A stretch of 64,000 nucleotides of DNA from Octopus sinensis (GCF_006345805.1 NC_043003.1:93000001-93064000); one strand, 5' to 3'. Positions 26,895 to 40,327 are shown, counted from the first letter of the stretch. Translations and numbers: made by a program. Notes: generated from the sequence alone by a model not told the origin.

Positions 26895-27582
26895 CAGTGG
26901 TTCTCAACAGGGTTCCGTATAAGATTTTTTTTCGGGGCAGGGGGGTCTAACTCAACAAAATAGTAAATCTGGGGATCCACGTTAGTATTTTAAGGACCCC
27001 TGAAAAAAAATCGCTTTAAATGTATGTATTGGTATGTACTGCAAGAAACAACTGCTTTCTTAAAATAATAAAAATGAAATTATTGTATACAGTGCTCAGG
27101 TGCACCACAACTTGTCAAAAGTGCGTATAAAGCATATGCAGTAATGTAAAGCGAACAGTGTATGAGTCAGAGACATGCTTGCGTGTGTATGGCGGGGGGG
27201 AAATCAGGTGTAGTGTTGGCGAATCTCAGAAAGCATGGAAGTTTTGAAGGATGTAGTGCTCCGACAACTAACAACTGATGCCGGCAGTTTGTTCCATACT
27301 TCAGTAACTCTTAGCGTGAAAAAATGTTTACAAAGTTATGGGAGCTGTGCTGTTTTCTGACTTTGTAAACATGTCCACGGGTGTTAAGACAGGTGGAGTT
27401 TGAAAAGGTGCTCAGAGTTCTTTCTCTAATATAATCTCAAAAACAAACTGTAGGCTTTTTATTTAAATATATTTGAATGCAAAGTATATAACTTGATATA
27501 TTTGAATGATGTAAACATACTTTGAACTGGCGCCGAATAGTAATCAAAGGGGTTCATAGATTTAAAATGGCTGAGAACCCTG
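26895..27582. mobile_element. hAT (Charlie-like) MITE split by a CR1 3' end
   Basis: CAGTGGTTCTCAAC ... GCTGAGAACCCTG termini. No TSD was recognised. Confidence 0.6.
27070..27420 (-). mobile_element. CR1/L2-group LINE 3' end
   Basis: Minus-strand peptide NTRGHVYKVRKQ...FFTLRVTEVWNKLPASVV...SFK is typical of the CR1 ORF2 C-terminus. The same 3' terminus recurs at ~1540-1575. Confidence 0.8.
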
Positions 27583-29225
27583 CGGAAAGCAATTTTATAA
27601 AGCAATCTACCTCTTGTTGAAGAATATCATGTTTGACACTATTTTTCTTTGGGATATGTCAAGTTTATTGAGGCAACGTAACTTGAAGAAGATACCAATC
27701 CTATTTTTTGGTAGATCGTTAACGTCATTACTGGAATAGTATTGCAATTTCATTTCTGTGTGAAAGGGTTAAGTAGAATAACGTTTAAAGAAAAACAGAA
27801 ATAAGACTTGTTGCCTATAAGAATATGAGAGGACGTTGAACAAAACAGAAAAAAAAACTAGTATAAAACTTACATTTTCAAAAAAAATAACGGTCAATAT
27901 ATAGTTTAAAAAACAGCCTACAAGGTGTAAAAAAATGCGTAGAAAACTAATTTGAAAACAAAAACTTGCGCAAACGAACTGTGTGTGTGTGGGGGGACTT
28001 TCGGAAAATTCACAAGATCCGATTTTCCCCTCATAACTTTCAGAAAAATGGATATATATTAATGAAATTTCATAGAAATACCGTTCAAATGGCACAAATT
28101 ACAATTATAAAGAAATTTGTGGGGAAAAATTTTCCGAAGGAGTGGGAAAGGATTTCGGAAAATTCACACGATCCGAATTTTTTCCCTTATTACTTTAAGG
28201 AAAATGGATATCTTTTAATGAAATTTTACAGAAACACCTTTCAAATAGTACAGATTACGATTATAAAGAAATTTGTGGGGAAAATGTTCTCCGAAAGGGT
28301 GAGAAGATGGCTGTCGGAAAATTCACACAATCCGTTTTTTCCCCTCATAACTTTCAGGATCTAGTTTAGTGCCCGGTCACCAAAATGAAAAAAAAAAAAA
28401 AAAAAAAGAAACCAGTCTAACAGGTGTAAAAAAAAAAAACCTGTAGAAAACGAATATGAAAACAAAAATTTGCGCAAACGAACGGGGAGTGGGTGGAGGA
28501 GAGGGCTTTCGGAAAATTCACACGATCCCCTCATAACTTTCAGGAAAATGGATATCTTTTCATGAAATTTTACAGAAACACCTTTCAAACAGCATAGATT
28601 ACGATTATAAAGAAATTTTTGGAGAAAATGTTTTCCGAGAAAATGTCTCTCCGAAGTCTTTTAATGTTTTGTGTGTCTATTTTCTCTGGGGGCTATCTAC
28701 AAAATTGTTAGAGTGAGGTATTTTCGCATTGTTGTTTCAATGCCCTCTCCCCACATTTTCCCCACAAATTTCTTTATAATCGTAATTTGTGCCATTTGAA
28801 CGGTATTTCCATAAAATTTCACGAATATATATCCATTTTCCTGAAAGTTATGAAGGAAAAATCGGATCTTGTGAATTTTCCGAAAGTCCTCTCCCCACCC
28901 CGTTCGTTTGCGCGAATTCTTATTTTCATATTCGTTTCTACATATTTCTTCACGCCTAGTAGGCTGTTTTTTTAAAACTGTATATTGACCAAAATAACTA
29001 ACTCGAATTTCGAACAAAATATATACAAAAATAACACCGTATAAACAAAAAAATGTAGAAGTGTATAATCCCTTCTTCTAAAGGCACAAGGCCTGAAAAT
29101 TGGGGGAATGAGGGCTAGCCGATTATATCGACCCCAGTGCTTCACTGGTACTTATTTCACCAACCCCGAAAGGATTAACGGTAAAGTCGATCGTGGCGGA
29201 ATTTGAACTCAGAGAAACATTTATA

Positions 29226-29481
29226 GAGTAATCCCTCGATTATCGCGAGTGTTACCTTCCAAAAATCACCGCGATAGGTGAACATCCGCGAAATAGAAAC
29301 AGTACTGTACAGTATTCTGTCTTCCCTTCTCGGGATCTTTCCTTCTCCTTTGTTTCCGACGAAGAGCTCTGCTCGAAACGTTAAACCCTCCTTCCCTTCT
29401 TTCCTGAGCGTCAAATAATACTTTATTTGTTCCACGTCCTCGCGTTGCTGTGTTTTTTTCTGTGTTTTCTTGTTTGGATTA

Positions 29482-29568
<87 letters not shown>

Positions 29569-29688
29569 GTATATATTTATCTCTTATTATAATTTAATTA
29601 TAAATGCAAAATAACACCACGGAGGAATCGACGTAAGCTTAAATGATAAACCGCGATAAGTGAACCGCGATATGGCGAGGGATTACTG
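29226..29688. mobile_element. Tigger/pogo-like MITE with internal hammerhead-bearing insertion
   Basis: TA-(G)AGTAATCCCTCG ... CGAGGGATTACTG-TA. Confidence 0.75.
29352..29386 (+). ncRNA. Minimal hammerhead-like motif (U4C variant)
   Basis: GTTT-CCGACGA-A-GAGC-TCT-GCTC-GAA-ACGT-T-AAAC. Stem I is GTTT/AAAC, stem II is GAGC/GCTC, and stem III is the palindrome ACGT. Confidence 0.65.
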
Positions 29689-30547
29689 TAATAGAAAATG
29701 CATTCGTGGAGCATTTATGGAATTTATTCCTGTAACAATCTAAACTATCATTCTATGGTAGATATAAAAAGACAGAAGTATGAAGAGAATATAATAAAGT
29801 AGTCAACTTAGAAATAACACTATCATATATTAAGGTATTTAATTAAAATAATTATATAAAATATCAACTTACTATAATAGAGTCAAGGATATTTTTAAAG
29901 AATTACTGCAATATTGTTTTCTTATGGAAGTTGTTAGGTCCAATCTTCCCTGGTTCCTCTCTATCGAGATTTAAATCTGATAAAATACAAGGGAAGGGAG
30001 ATAATTTCATAATTGTCTGTTTTTTAAATCTCTTATTTCTTTCACTCATTGAACTGTGCTGAGGCAGCTCCATCGGTTTCTTTTGCTGGACTGAACTGCT
30101 AAGTTACGGGCGCGTATATAAACCAGCATCAGTTGTCAAGGGTTGATAGAGGACACATGGGAAAATAATACCTTACAAAATAAAATACCGCGATCACAAA
30201 CTAGTTACCACTGAAGAATTGAGATGCTTGGTGACAGTGAGCAAACAATATCTGTATCGCTATATATGTGTGTAGTGAATATCGCATGCATGAAGTGGAT
30301 TCGATCCACCATAGCCAAATTTAAATTAACACTACTACAGAACTTTTCAAAAGGTGGAACTATGGTTTTTCTCTGGCAGCAGTTTTACATTTTCCAGATG
30401 CCTTTAGCTAGGCCGAAATAATGTTTTCACCACTTGACCCTTTCTAACCTCTTCTACTTCACCAAAAGCTAGAATAGATAACAAGACCACCAACTAAATC
30501 TATTGTTCTCAATGGTATGTCTATCCTTCTAGATAATTATATAAGCA

Positions 30548-32985
30548 AGCAGGGTCAGAAAGTGACGAGGAAGCTTAACATCACGAATTTAAAGAACCAG
30601 CTGACTGCACAAGATCTCCAGTCACGTATGGACAGCAAACTGTTGGACATTCGGAATGACCAGTCCAGTATCGATGAGCAGTGGGAATCATTCAGGGACA
30701 CGGTTCATTCCATCGCCCTTGAAACTCTAGGCCAAGTTACGAGGAACCACCAGGACTGGTTCGACGAAAACGACCAGGAAATCCAAAAGCTCCTGGAGGA
30801 GAAACGCCGTCTGCTGCGGGCTCACCAAAATGACACCACCTGCACGGCAAAGAAGGCTGCTTTCAACAACATTCGCAGCACAGTCCAGGCAAAACTCCGC
30901 CTCATGCAAGATGCATGGTTAAGCGCCAAGGCGGATGAGATTCAGGGATACGCAGACAAACACGACACCAAGAAATTCTACGAGGCGCTGAAAGCTGTCT
31001 ATGGACCGCAGTTCTCCTTTGGATCAACCCCCCTGCTCAGCTCGGATGGAACCTCACTCCTGACTAACAAGAAGCTGATCCTGGAGAGATGGGCGGAGCA
31101 TTTCAACATCGTGCTCAACCGACCAGCCCAGATCAACGAGGAAGCCATCGCACGACTCCCCCAGGTGCCGACAAACCACGAGCTGGCTGTTCCCCCTGCA
31201 GTCGAGGAAGTGAGCAGAGCCATCAAAAAAATGTCCACCGGCAAAGCTCCAGGCTCTGACGCCATCCCTGCAGAGGTGTTCAAGTCGGGCGACCCCACCA
31301 TGATCAGTAAGCTCACCAGCCTGTTCCAGTCGATGTGGGACAGGGAACAACTCCCTCAAGATTTCCGGGACGCAACAATCGTCCACATTTATAAGCGGAA
31401 AGGAGATCGGCAGTCCTGCGACAACCACCGAGGAATCTCCCTCTTGTCCATAGCAGGCAAGATCCTGGCCCGAGTCCTGCTTGACCGCCTTCTGGAACAC
31501 TTGGAGCAAGGCCTTCTCCTGAGAGCCAGTGTGGCTTCCGCGCGGGTCGAGGGACCACTGACATGATATTCGCCGCCCGCCAGCTCCAGGAGAAATGCAT
31601 GGAGCAGCACCTTGACCTCTGCATGACCTTTGTTGACCTCACTAAGGCTTTCGATACAGTCAGTCGGGAGGACTATGGAAGGTAATGGGAAAATTTGGTT
31701 GCCCCAGCAAATTTATTGCAATTGTCCGCCAGTTCCACGACGGAATGACAGCCAGAGTCCTTGAAGACGGCAACTCATCTGAAGCCTTCCAGGTGACCAA
31801 CGGAGTCAGGCAGGGCTGTGTCCTGGCCCCAACACTGTTCAGCATCATGTTCTCGGCAATGCTGTCCGACGCCTTCAGGGACTGCAAGTCCGGTATCGAC
31901 ATCAAGTACAGGACAAACGGGAAACTTTTCAACTCCAGAAGATTGCAGGCCGTCACAAAGGTAAGGGAGACAGTCGTCAGAGACTTTCTCTTTGCTGACG
32001 ACTGCGCCCTTAATGCATTCGATGAGCAGGAGATGCAGCTCGGGATGGACAGGTTCTCATCAGCCTGTGACAACTTCGGTCTCACCATCAGTGCCAAGAA
32101 AACCGAAGTGATGTTTCAGCCAGCCCCCGGCAAACAATACCATGAGCCTCAGATAAAGGTGAATGGACGGATCCTACGAGCGGTGGAAAACTTCACCTAC
32201 CTGGGCAGCACTCTCTCCTGCAATGCCAACATAGATGCTGAAATCATCAACAGAATCTCCAAGGCAAGCAGCGCGTTTGGGAGACTGCGAAAGAAAGTCT
32301 GGGAGCGGAGAGGAATCAGCCTCAACACCAAGCTGAAAGTCTACGGGCAGTCGTGCTTACCACCCTACTATACGGCTGCGAGACGTGGACTGCTTACCGA
32401 AGGCACGAGCGCCAGATAAACCACTTCCACCTCAGGTGTCTTCGGAACCTCCTTCACATCTGCTGGCAGGACAAAGTCCCAGACACGGAAGTTCTGAAGC
32501 AGGCAGATCTCCCTAGCACCATCACGATCATGCGCAAGGCCCAGCTGAGATGGGCGGGCCACGTCTCCCGCATGTCCGACACTCGCATCCCAAAACAGCT
32601 ATTCTACGGTGAACTCAGCCAGGGCAAACGCAAAGTCGGAGGGCAGAAGAAGCGCTTCAAGGACAGTCTCAAGGTCTCTCTCAAAGACTTCTCAATCGGC
32701 ACAGAGACTTGGGAGACACTTGCTGCCGACCGCTCATCCTGGCGCAGCGCAATCACCACAGGAGCAGGGACAGCCGAGGAGGGACGGATTCGGTCAGCAG
32801 AGCAGAAACGCCAGATGCGGAAAGCCAGAGCCGCCTGCACCAGTAGCACAGCCCCTACCCACTTCTGCCCCACCTGTGGGAGGGGCTTCCTTGCCCGGAT
32901 TGGCCTCACCAGCTACCTTCGGTCTCATAGCGGCAGTTCCACCAGATGATGTCAGTGGTCATCTTCGAACCCGAAGGACGAACAT
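30548..32985 (+). mobile_element. RTE-clade (BovB-like) LINE, 5'-truncated, RT plus C-terminal zinc finger
   Basis: KAPGSDAIP, HRGISLLS, PESQCGFR, FVDLTKAFD, GVRQGCVLAP, LFADD, LRWAGHV, CPTCGR..H. It has three 1-bp frameshifts and is much more GC-rich than its flanks. Confidence 0.95.
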
Positions 32986-33359
32986 TATTATGTATGTATG
33001 TGCGTACGTTTGCATGTATGTATAAGTATACATCCCCATCTTTCATCACCATTGCTTCCTTTTTCGTCTTTTTTGTTGAAGTTCTTATTTTCATTGCCTT
33101 GGATTACTTTCGTCTTTCTTTTATCCCCTTAGGGAATTCGTTGACAAGCTTTTTCCTTTTACTTTTTTCGTTCCTTTTAAATTTATTTATGGTACACCTT
33201 CGTATTTTTTTCTTCGTCTGACTTAAAATTTTCAGTTAACATCTTAACCAAAGTAATTAGATGGCTCATTTATGTACTTTGATTTTAACATGGGGCCTCT
33301 CAACTGCGGAGGCCCCCTGCGACCGCAGGGTTTCAGGGGCTTAGCAACGGTCCTAGTGC

Positions 33360-33850
33360 CAGTCGATTGCATCTACCCTTGTGTCCAGTTCGAGTGGGTG
33401 AAAAGCAAAGTCAACCTCGGTGGAATTTCAACTCAGAACGTAAAACATTTCGTCCGTCTAAACGTTCTGAGTTGAAATTCCACCTAGATCGACTTTGCCT
33501 TTCACCCACTGGGTGGGGGTGGGGGAGCGAGGAATTAAGTACCAGTTGACTGGAGTCGATGTAATTGACTTATCCCTTCCCGCAGACTTAATGGCCTTGA
33601 GCTGAAATTTGAAATCAATATTGAATATAAGGCGGCGAGTTGGCAGAAACGTTAACACTCCGGACAAAATGCTAAGCAGTATTTTGTCCGTCTTTAAGTT
33701 TTAAGTTCAAATTCCGCCGAGGTGGACTTTGCCTTCCATCCTTTCGGAATCGATAAAATAAGTATCGGATGAGTATCGGGGCCAATGCAATCGATTAGTT
33801 CTACCCCACAAAATTTTAGGCCTTGTGCCTAGTAGAAAGGGTTATTAGTA
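33360..33850. mobile_element. Cluster of SINE family B copies and fragments, including an inverted pair
   Basis: gtggaatttcaactcagaacgt / acgttctgagttgaaattccac, plus a full copy starting ggcggcgagttggcagaaacg at ~33631. Confidence 0.8.
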
Positions 33851-33944
33851 TTATTATTGCTCTCCTTTCTTTCAACTCACTCCTACACATTTTAATTGTT
33901 TTGTTTTAATAATTTTTTGTCATGTGCAGTGAAGTACAGTAAAT

Positions 33945-33993
<49 letters not shown>

Positions 33994-34367
33994 CGCACAC
34001 ACACACAATGAACGTATGAACGTTCATATCCCATGGTAAAACGGCACCAAATAGAGCTAGTGGACGAGGAAAAGGGCACAAGTTGAAATAGTAAAGAGGA
34101 CGAATTTCACAGGCTGAAGGATTTTTTTCTCTTTTTTCCAGGTTGCCATCAAATTGCTGAAGGTCGACAGCGTCAAGAATGTGAAGCGCATTCACATGTA
34201 TCCAAGACCGAGTGCCAACCGTTGTGTTGTCGGTTCTTTTGGTATTCTTCTATTTTTTAATTCTTTTACTTGTTTCAGTCATTTGACTGCGGCCATGCTG
34301 GAGCACCGCCTAAAGGGTTTTAGTCGAAGAAATCGACACCAGAACTTATTCTTTGCAAAAGTAGTAC

Positions 34368-34571
34368 TTACTCCATTTGTACACCAGATGACATCTCATG
34401 GGGTGAAGAATGCTGTCCTAGAACTGTGACTATATCTTTTCGGCTGAGAATGAAAGACTCCAACCAGTTAAAAAGATCATCTTTCGCACCCATTGCAGAG
34501 AGTTTTGCCACAAGTCTTTTGCGTGGCACAGAATTAAAAGCTTTAACAAAGTCAAGGTAAACAACATGCAC
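34368..34571 (-). mobile_element. CR1/L2-group reverse transcriptase fragment
   Basis: VVYLDFVKAFNSVP...KL..MG....WLESF...SGV. Confidence 0.8.
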
Positions 34572-34677
34572 CTATGAGCCGCCATCAGCGATTTAAATTT
34601 TATTTTATTAGAATTTTTTAATACTAAGAAATAAGAAAGAAGTGAGATCAAAAAGAAAAAAGAAGTGGATGGGGCAA

Positions 34678-34881
34678 AGCAGGAGTGGCTGTGTGGTAAG
34701 TAGCTTGTTTACCAACCACATGGTTCCGGGTTCAGTCCCACTGCGTGGCACCTTGGGCAAGTGTCTTCTACTATAACCTCGGTCGACCAAAACCTTGTGA
34801 GTGGATTTGGTAGACGGACTCTGAAAAGAAGCCCGTCGTATATATATATATATATATATAATATAATATATATATATATAT

Positions 34882-34914
<33 letters not shown>

Positions 34915-34922
34915 TATATATA

Positions 34923-34961
<39 letters not shown>

Positions 34962-35178
34962 TGTGTGTGTTTGTGTGTCTGTGTTTGTCCCCCTAGCATT
35001 ACTTGACAACCGATGCTGGTGTGTTTATGTCCCCGTCACTTAGCGGTTCGGCAAAAGAGACCGATAGAATAAGTACTGGGCTTACAAAGAATAAGTCCCG
35101 GGGTCGAGTTTCTCGACTAAAGGCGGTGCTCCAGCATGGCCGCAGTCAACTGACTGAAACAAATAAAAGAGTAAAGAG
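34678..35178 (+). mobile_element. SINE family A, full length with central TA expansion
   Basis: Same head, CORE-like segment and tail as 24127, 40568 and 41381. Confidence 0.9.
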
Positions 35179-35487
35179 TGTAAAGCAGCCGAGGGAAAGG
35201 GAGATGGACAGCATATCTCAGAACAAGTGAGGTGCTCAACCGCGCCCGGCAGTAACTATCGTGATGGCGTTGCTGCGGTGACTGACCAGTGACATTCATT
35301 GCAACAACCACTTCACTCCGCGGGGCTCATTTCTCCAACGGGACGCTGCTATCCCGATTTTGCGGAGGAAATCAGTAGCACGGGGTCTCAGAACACTCGA
35401 CGTATCGACGCCGACCGACGTAAACTGATAGCAGCCAGGCCCCTGTATTTATTGGTTTTTCTCTCCTATGAGTTACGGGCGCTGACA
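35179..35487 (-). mobile_element. Possible solo LTR
   Basis: TG...CA termini, CpG-rich, AATAAA on the minus strand. No TSD. Confidence 0.35.
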
Positions 35488-36209
35488 TCAGCACCCGTAA
35501 TTTTATGTGTATTTTGCATTCCTACAAACAAAATTTTAAGAAGATATACAAAATTATAAATGCATCAACTACAATAAACTGCAATCATCCTATGGGTTTC
35601 GTCATGCATTTATCGATGTGGTATAAATAACTAGGAAATATATTGTTAATAAACAACATAGAAATGTGTTAATTGTCAGGGGAGATAATTCTAATTTTAA
35701 AAACAAAACTTCCTCATTTTGACTGCGTACGAATACAGCTTGTGTTAGGAATAAATATGCATAAAGAGTCATACCAATTTAGGTCTTGTGAAAATACGAC
35801 TGGTCTTTTTAGAAACTTCGAATAAGAATTGATACGACAACCTTCGTTGTTATTTGAGCTCATCAGGATTAGTTTACTTCTATTCAAGTCGCCGTACGAT
35901 TGCAACGAGAGCTACTAATTACTTTATAAAGTAAAATTTTGATTCACATCAGTTATATAAAAAATGTTACATGGATGACTATCTGATATTATCTACTACA
36001 GTAATATCCTCATATAGCATTGTCTAAGGGAAATAACTAAAACATCATAGCAAGACGGAAGAATTACAAGGGAGACAACTTATGACAAACATCAATATTC
36101 TTGATGCTGTGTTTCTTTCCCCTTGATTATTATTCAATTGATTACTTTTAACTCTGGCCAATGACGGCGTATTTAAAGGAACATACATGCATAAATATAT
36201 ATGTATATG

Positions 36210-36458
36210 TAAAAAAAATACAAACTGGGACAAGAACGCAAGACATTTAGAAGACGATACGAAAAACATGGACGGGACATTCGAAGCCTTCAATCTTCAG
36301 TCAAGAACCGGATCATCCTCGCAATTTCGGCTGATTAATCTTGCGAGGATGATCCGGTTCTTGACTGAAGATTGAAGGCTTCGAATGTCCCGTCCGTGTT
36401 TTTCGTATCGTCTTCTAAATGTTTTGCGTTCTTGTCCCAGTTTGTATTTTTTTACATA
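36210..36458. repeat. ~250-bp near-perfect palindrome
   Basis: aaaaaatacaaactgggacaagaacgc...cctcgcaa [spacer] ttgcgagg...gcgttcttgtcccagtttgtatttttt. Confidence 0.92.
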
Positions 36459-36570
36459 TACACACATATATATATAGCGACGCCCGTACCCTTTTTGGAC
36501 CTGTATGTAAGTACATACATAAATATATATATGTATATATATTAGTTCATACACACACACACACACACAT

Positions 36571-36616
<46 letters not shown>

Positions 36617-36867
36617 AAACATATGATGTGTGTGCTTGTGTGTAATATGTGTATGTATGCGTGTCTACGAGTGTATTCCTACATCACTTGACAACCACTC
36701 TCGGCAAAATGGAATGGGTAGAATAACAAGTACGAGACAATTTGTTAAACTAAACCTTTCAAGAGAATGCCCCAGCGTGGCCGCAGCACAATGAATAAAA
36801 GAACATACATACATACGTACATATACACATACATACATAGAGAGAGAGAGAGAGAGACAGACAGACA

Positions 36868-38935
36868 TGGTGGATGCCGACTCGTTCAACGTGTATGAAC
36901 ATGGGTGACTAAATAAAGTGCATCACAGCATTCATGTTATGAGAGCGACAATGGCTCCTGGATCCTGCCACACGACTTACAGGACTTGTTGCAGGTTCAA
37001 CATTCATGTAAATTCTTTTGACTTCTTGTTGTTCCGGACCACTCTGATAATTTTTCTCTTAGCAGCCTGGTGTACCTAGATAAACCCGAGTAATTTATGT
37101 ACGTTTTCTGGCAGACACTGCATGTGAGATTGGCCCCAACAAGAAAGCCGTTGTGGTTTATAACAGATCTTTCTGTGTGACTTTTTTAGAGGCTCACCAA
37201 GCATGCACAAGACATACATATGTGGTCACAGATTTCACAGACTAGGTGAGGGACTGTAGAGTCAACGGAATTGTCTCTTTGTGCTGATCTCCACATGCGT
37301 GGTCACTCGTCTGCATTCGCTGGAATAAGTTCACTCTGTCATAATGTCTTTGCTTCCAGGTTTTCCTATCACCTAAGATATCTTCCCACTCCTGTTCTCA
37401 CAGATTCCATGTGATTCTTTTAAGTTGTCCTTGAATCTCTCTCTTAGTTTATGTTGTGGTCGAGTGGCTTGTGACAGTTCGCCACACAACATTTGCTTGG
37501 GGATTCTGCTGTCATGACGCACTACATTACCAACCCGGCGCATACAGGATGTGGGCATCAATACTCGCTGCTTTGGCTCTTTCTAAAACCACATATCTAG
37601 GGTAAGAGTCATCCAGTGGATGCGTAAGATGTTTCTCAAACACTGTTGATGAAATCGATCAAATGTTTTTAAGTGATGACGGTACGCTACCCGTGTTTCA
37701 CACGAAAATAATGGGATATCAGTACGCAGGGTTTAAGATTGCTAACTTGGTGTTATTTTTCAAGTTTCTTTGGGACTAGATACAACTGTTCAGAGCGGCG
37801 AAGCCATCTGTGACCCTTAATATTCGTGCTTTGATCTGATAATCTAAAGAACAGTGTCGGCTGATAGTGCTACCTAGGTATGTAAACTTAACAACCACCT
37901 TCAGTTTATACCTCTACGCATAGCACTCCATGTGCAAGTTGGTACATTGCTACCGTTTTTTTTCAAGGCTGATGGTGCTGCTAAAAGCTTTGAAGACGCT
38001 CGAATGTCTGTCCATCAAGTTTTATATTCCCTGTGTGATGTGTAACACAATGTCAGTCATCGGTATGTAAGAGACCACGCACTAAAGACTGAAGAGTTTT
38101 CGTCTTTGCTGCAAAATGCTGAATGTTGAAGAGTCTACTTGATGATCGATAATGTATATACACATCCACGTCGCAGTCTCTGAAAGCGTGAAGAAGAACT
38201 ACAGAGAAGATCGCGAATAATGATGGTGCAATAAGGCCGTCATCTTTGAACCATTCTTCACCTTAAAGAGCTCTGTGATAATCCTGCCTACGTTTACACA
38301 GACTTCTATATCATCATAGAAGCACCGTAGTAATTTCACAATGTACGGCGTCGAATGCTTTTGTTAGATCAATTTGGTAGAGGCTTTGTTCAAAACACTT
38401 TTCTGAACTTGTCTAGCCGTGAATATCATACCTGTTATACTTCGGTTTGGTTTGAAGTCACACTGAGATTCAGGAAAGATCCTGTCTGTGTGATGTGGAC
38501 ATTTAGCTTTGTCAGAAGTAGCGCGGCAACGATCTTTCCTGCAGTTGCCAACAGAGCAATACCACGACATTTTTCACGGTTCTCACGTGGTACTTTACTT
38601 TTGTAGAGAGGTATCATGATAGTGTCCTGCCTGTCACGCGAATGATCTTGTGCATAAAGAGTATCATGTTCTCACTACCATGATAAACCTTTGCCAGTCG
38701 CCTTGCCAGTATTTAGCTGACCAATAATTGATTTTACTTCGTTGATAGTTGGTGGATTGTAGAGGTTTTCGACAACTGATCAAGACTCTACTGTGCAGTA
38801 GGATCTGCTTCAGTATACCTGTCGAGCAGAGCAGAGGAGCGCTGTTTCCATAGTAGAGTACAGTTTTTCTCCATCCTTAGAGCGAAGGGGAGCTACAGCT
38901 GCTACACCTGCTCGCTTCTTAAGATTGTAGAGCTC
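36868..38935 (-). mobile_element. Decayed RTE-clade LINE
   Basis: Minus-strand peptides RGIALLATAGKI, FPESQCDF...MIFTARQVQ, DSRIPKQMLCGELSQ..R.KDNLK, with many disruptions. Confidence 0.85.
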
Positions 38936-39482
38936 ATTACTCAGTAACATCAACATACATTCATGCATACCTATCTACCTACTTACCTACCTACCTACAC
39001 ACATACATACATACATACATACATACATACATACATACATACATACATACATACATACATACGTATGTACGTACATACATACATGGTGGCTGCCCCCTCG
39101 TTATCGAGTATGGCCATTGCGCGAAGCTTAATCAATGTTGTTATCGTGCAATGCCTGTGCAAGAAGACTTTTTTTTAAAGTGGGGAAAGGCTGTGCACTG
39201 AGTCAATCCCACTCACTAAGCAACAGCAACCATAATCCGAAAAGAAGAACAAGTCAACATCATCGGTAACCACTGAGCCGCAGGTTTATGTCGGAGTTAT
39301 CCCAGTTACCTGAGTTACCTTCTCCTAGAAGGATGCCCCAACAAAGGCTAGGAGTCCTACACAGCAAATGGTTTAACCGCGCGATCGGGTATTCAGTCCG
39401 ATTATTTCTGTCCCCGCGCATGATACAGCCTTAAGACATACATACATACATACATACATACATACATACATACATACATACA

Positions 39483-39513
<31 letters not shown>

Positions 39514-40327
39514 TACATATTACAAATTACATGATATTTTATGCACAATCTAGCGTGAATAAAATATGTTGAAATAAATTTAAATATAAAGCCATTCGAT
39601 GAAAACAAAACAAAAAAAAACAAAACAAAACAATGAGTGCTGTTGTCAGATACTATCTATTTTGACCTTGGAAGGATAAAAAAACAAAAATAATTCTTAC
39701 GGAAATAGAACTCAGAACTGTGTATATTAAATACTGGTTTCAAATTTTGGTACTAGGTCAACAATTTCAGGGAAGTGGGTAAGTAGATTACATCGACCTA
39801 AATAATTAATTGTACTTAATAAGTACTCAACTGGTACTTATTTTATCGACCCCGATTGGATGAAAGGCTAAGTCGACCTCGGCGGAATTTGGACTCAGAA
39901 TGTAAACACGGACTAAATACTGCTAATGATTCTGCCAGGCGCTGCCTTGGGTCTATTAAATATTAGCATGACACGCTGTTATTTCTATTATTGTTCTTAA
40001 AAATCAATACGAAGACATTGTTTGTAATTGAGGCAAAAGGCCAGTAATTTTCGGGGAAATTGATTAGTCAATTACATCACCCAAAACTTACCTTGTGCTT
40101 TATTTCATCAACTGTTGAAGGATAAATAGCAAAGTTAACTTCAGCGGGATTTGAACAGAAAATATAAAGTTTCAGAATAAATACCACGCAGTAATATTTT
40201 CTGGCGCTCTAATGACTCTGCCAACCTACATCTTTTTAAAGACATTCAAGAAATACAGTCAGGCAGTTATCATGTATAATATATTTTCAAATAAAGAAAT
40301 CAAGTTCTCCTTGTTTCGCAAGTGGCT

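Larger units (their letters stand above)
25700..29000. repeat. Dispersed tandem and inverted copies of a ~150-220-bp modular repeat
   Basis: Unit tttcggaaaattcacaagatccg...ttataaagaaatttgtggggaaa occurs three times in tandem at ~27880-28650 and inverted at ~25700-25925 and ~28750-29000. Confidence 0.75.

Noticed and set aside
30727-32909. Antisense ORFs overlapping the RTE
   Set aside because: Shadow ORFs of GC-rich coding sequence.
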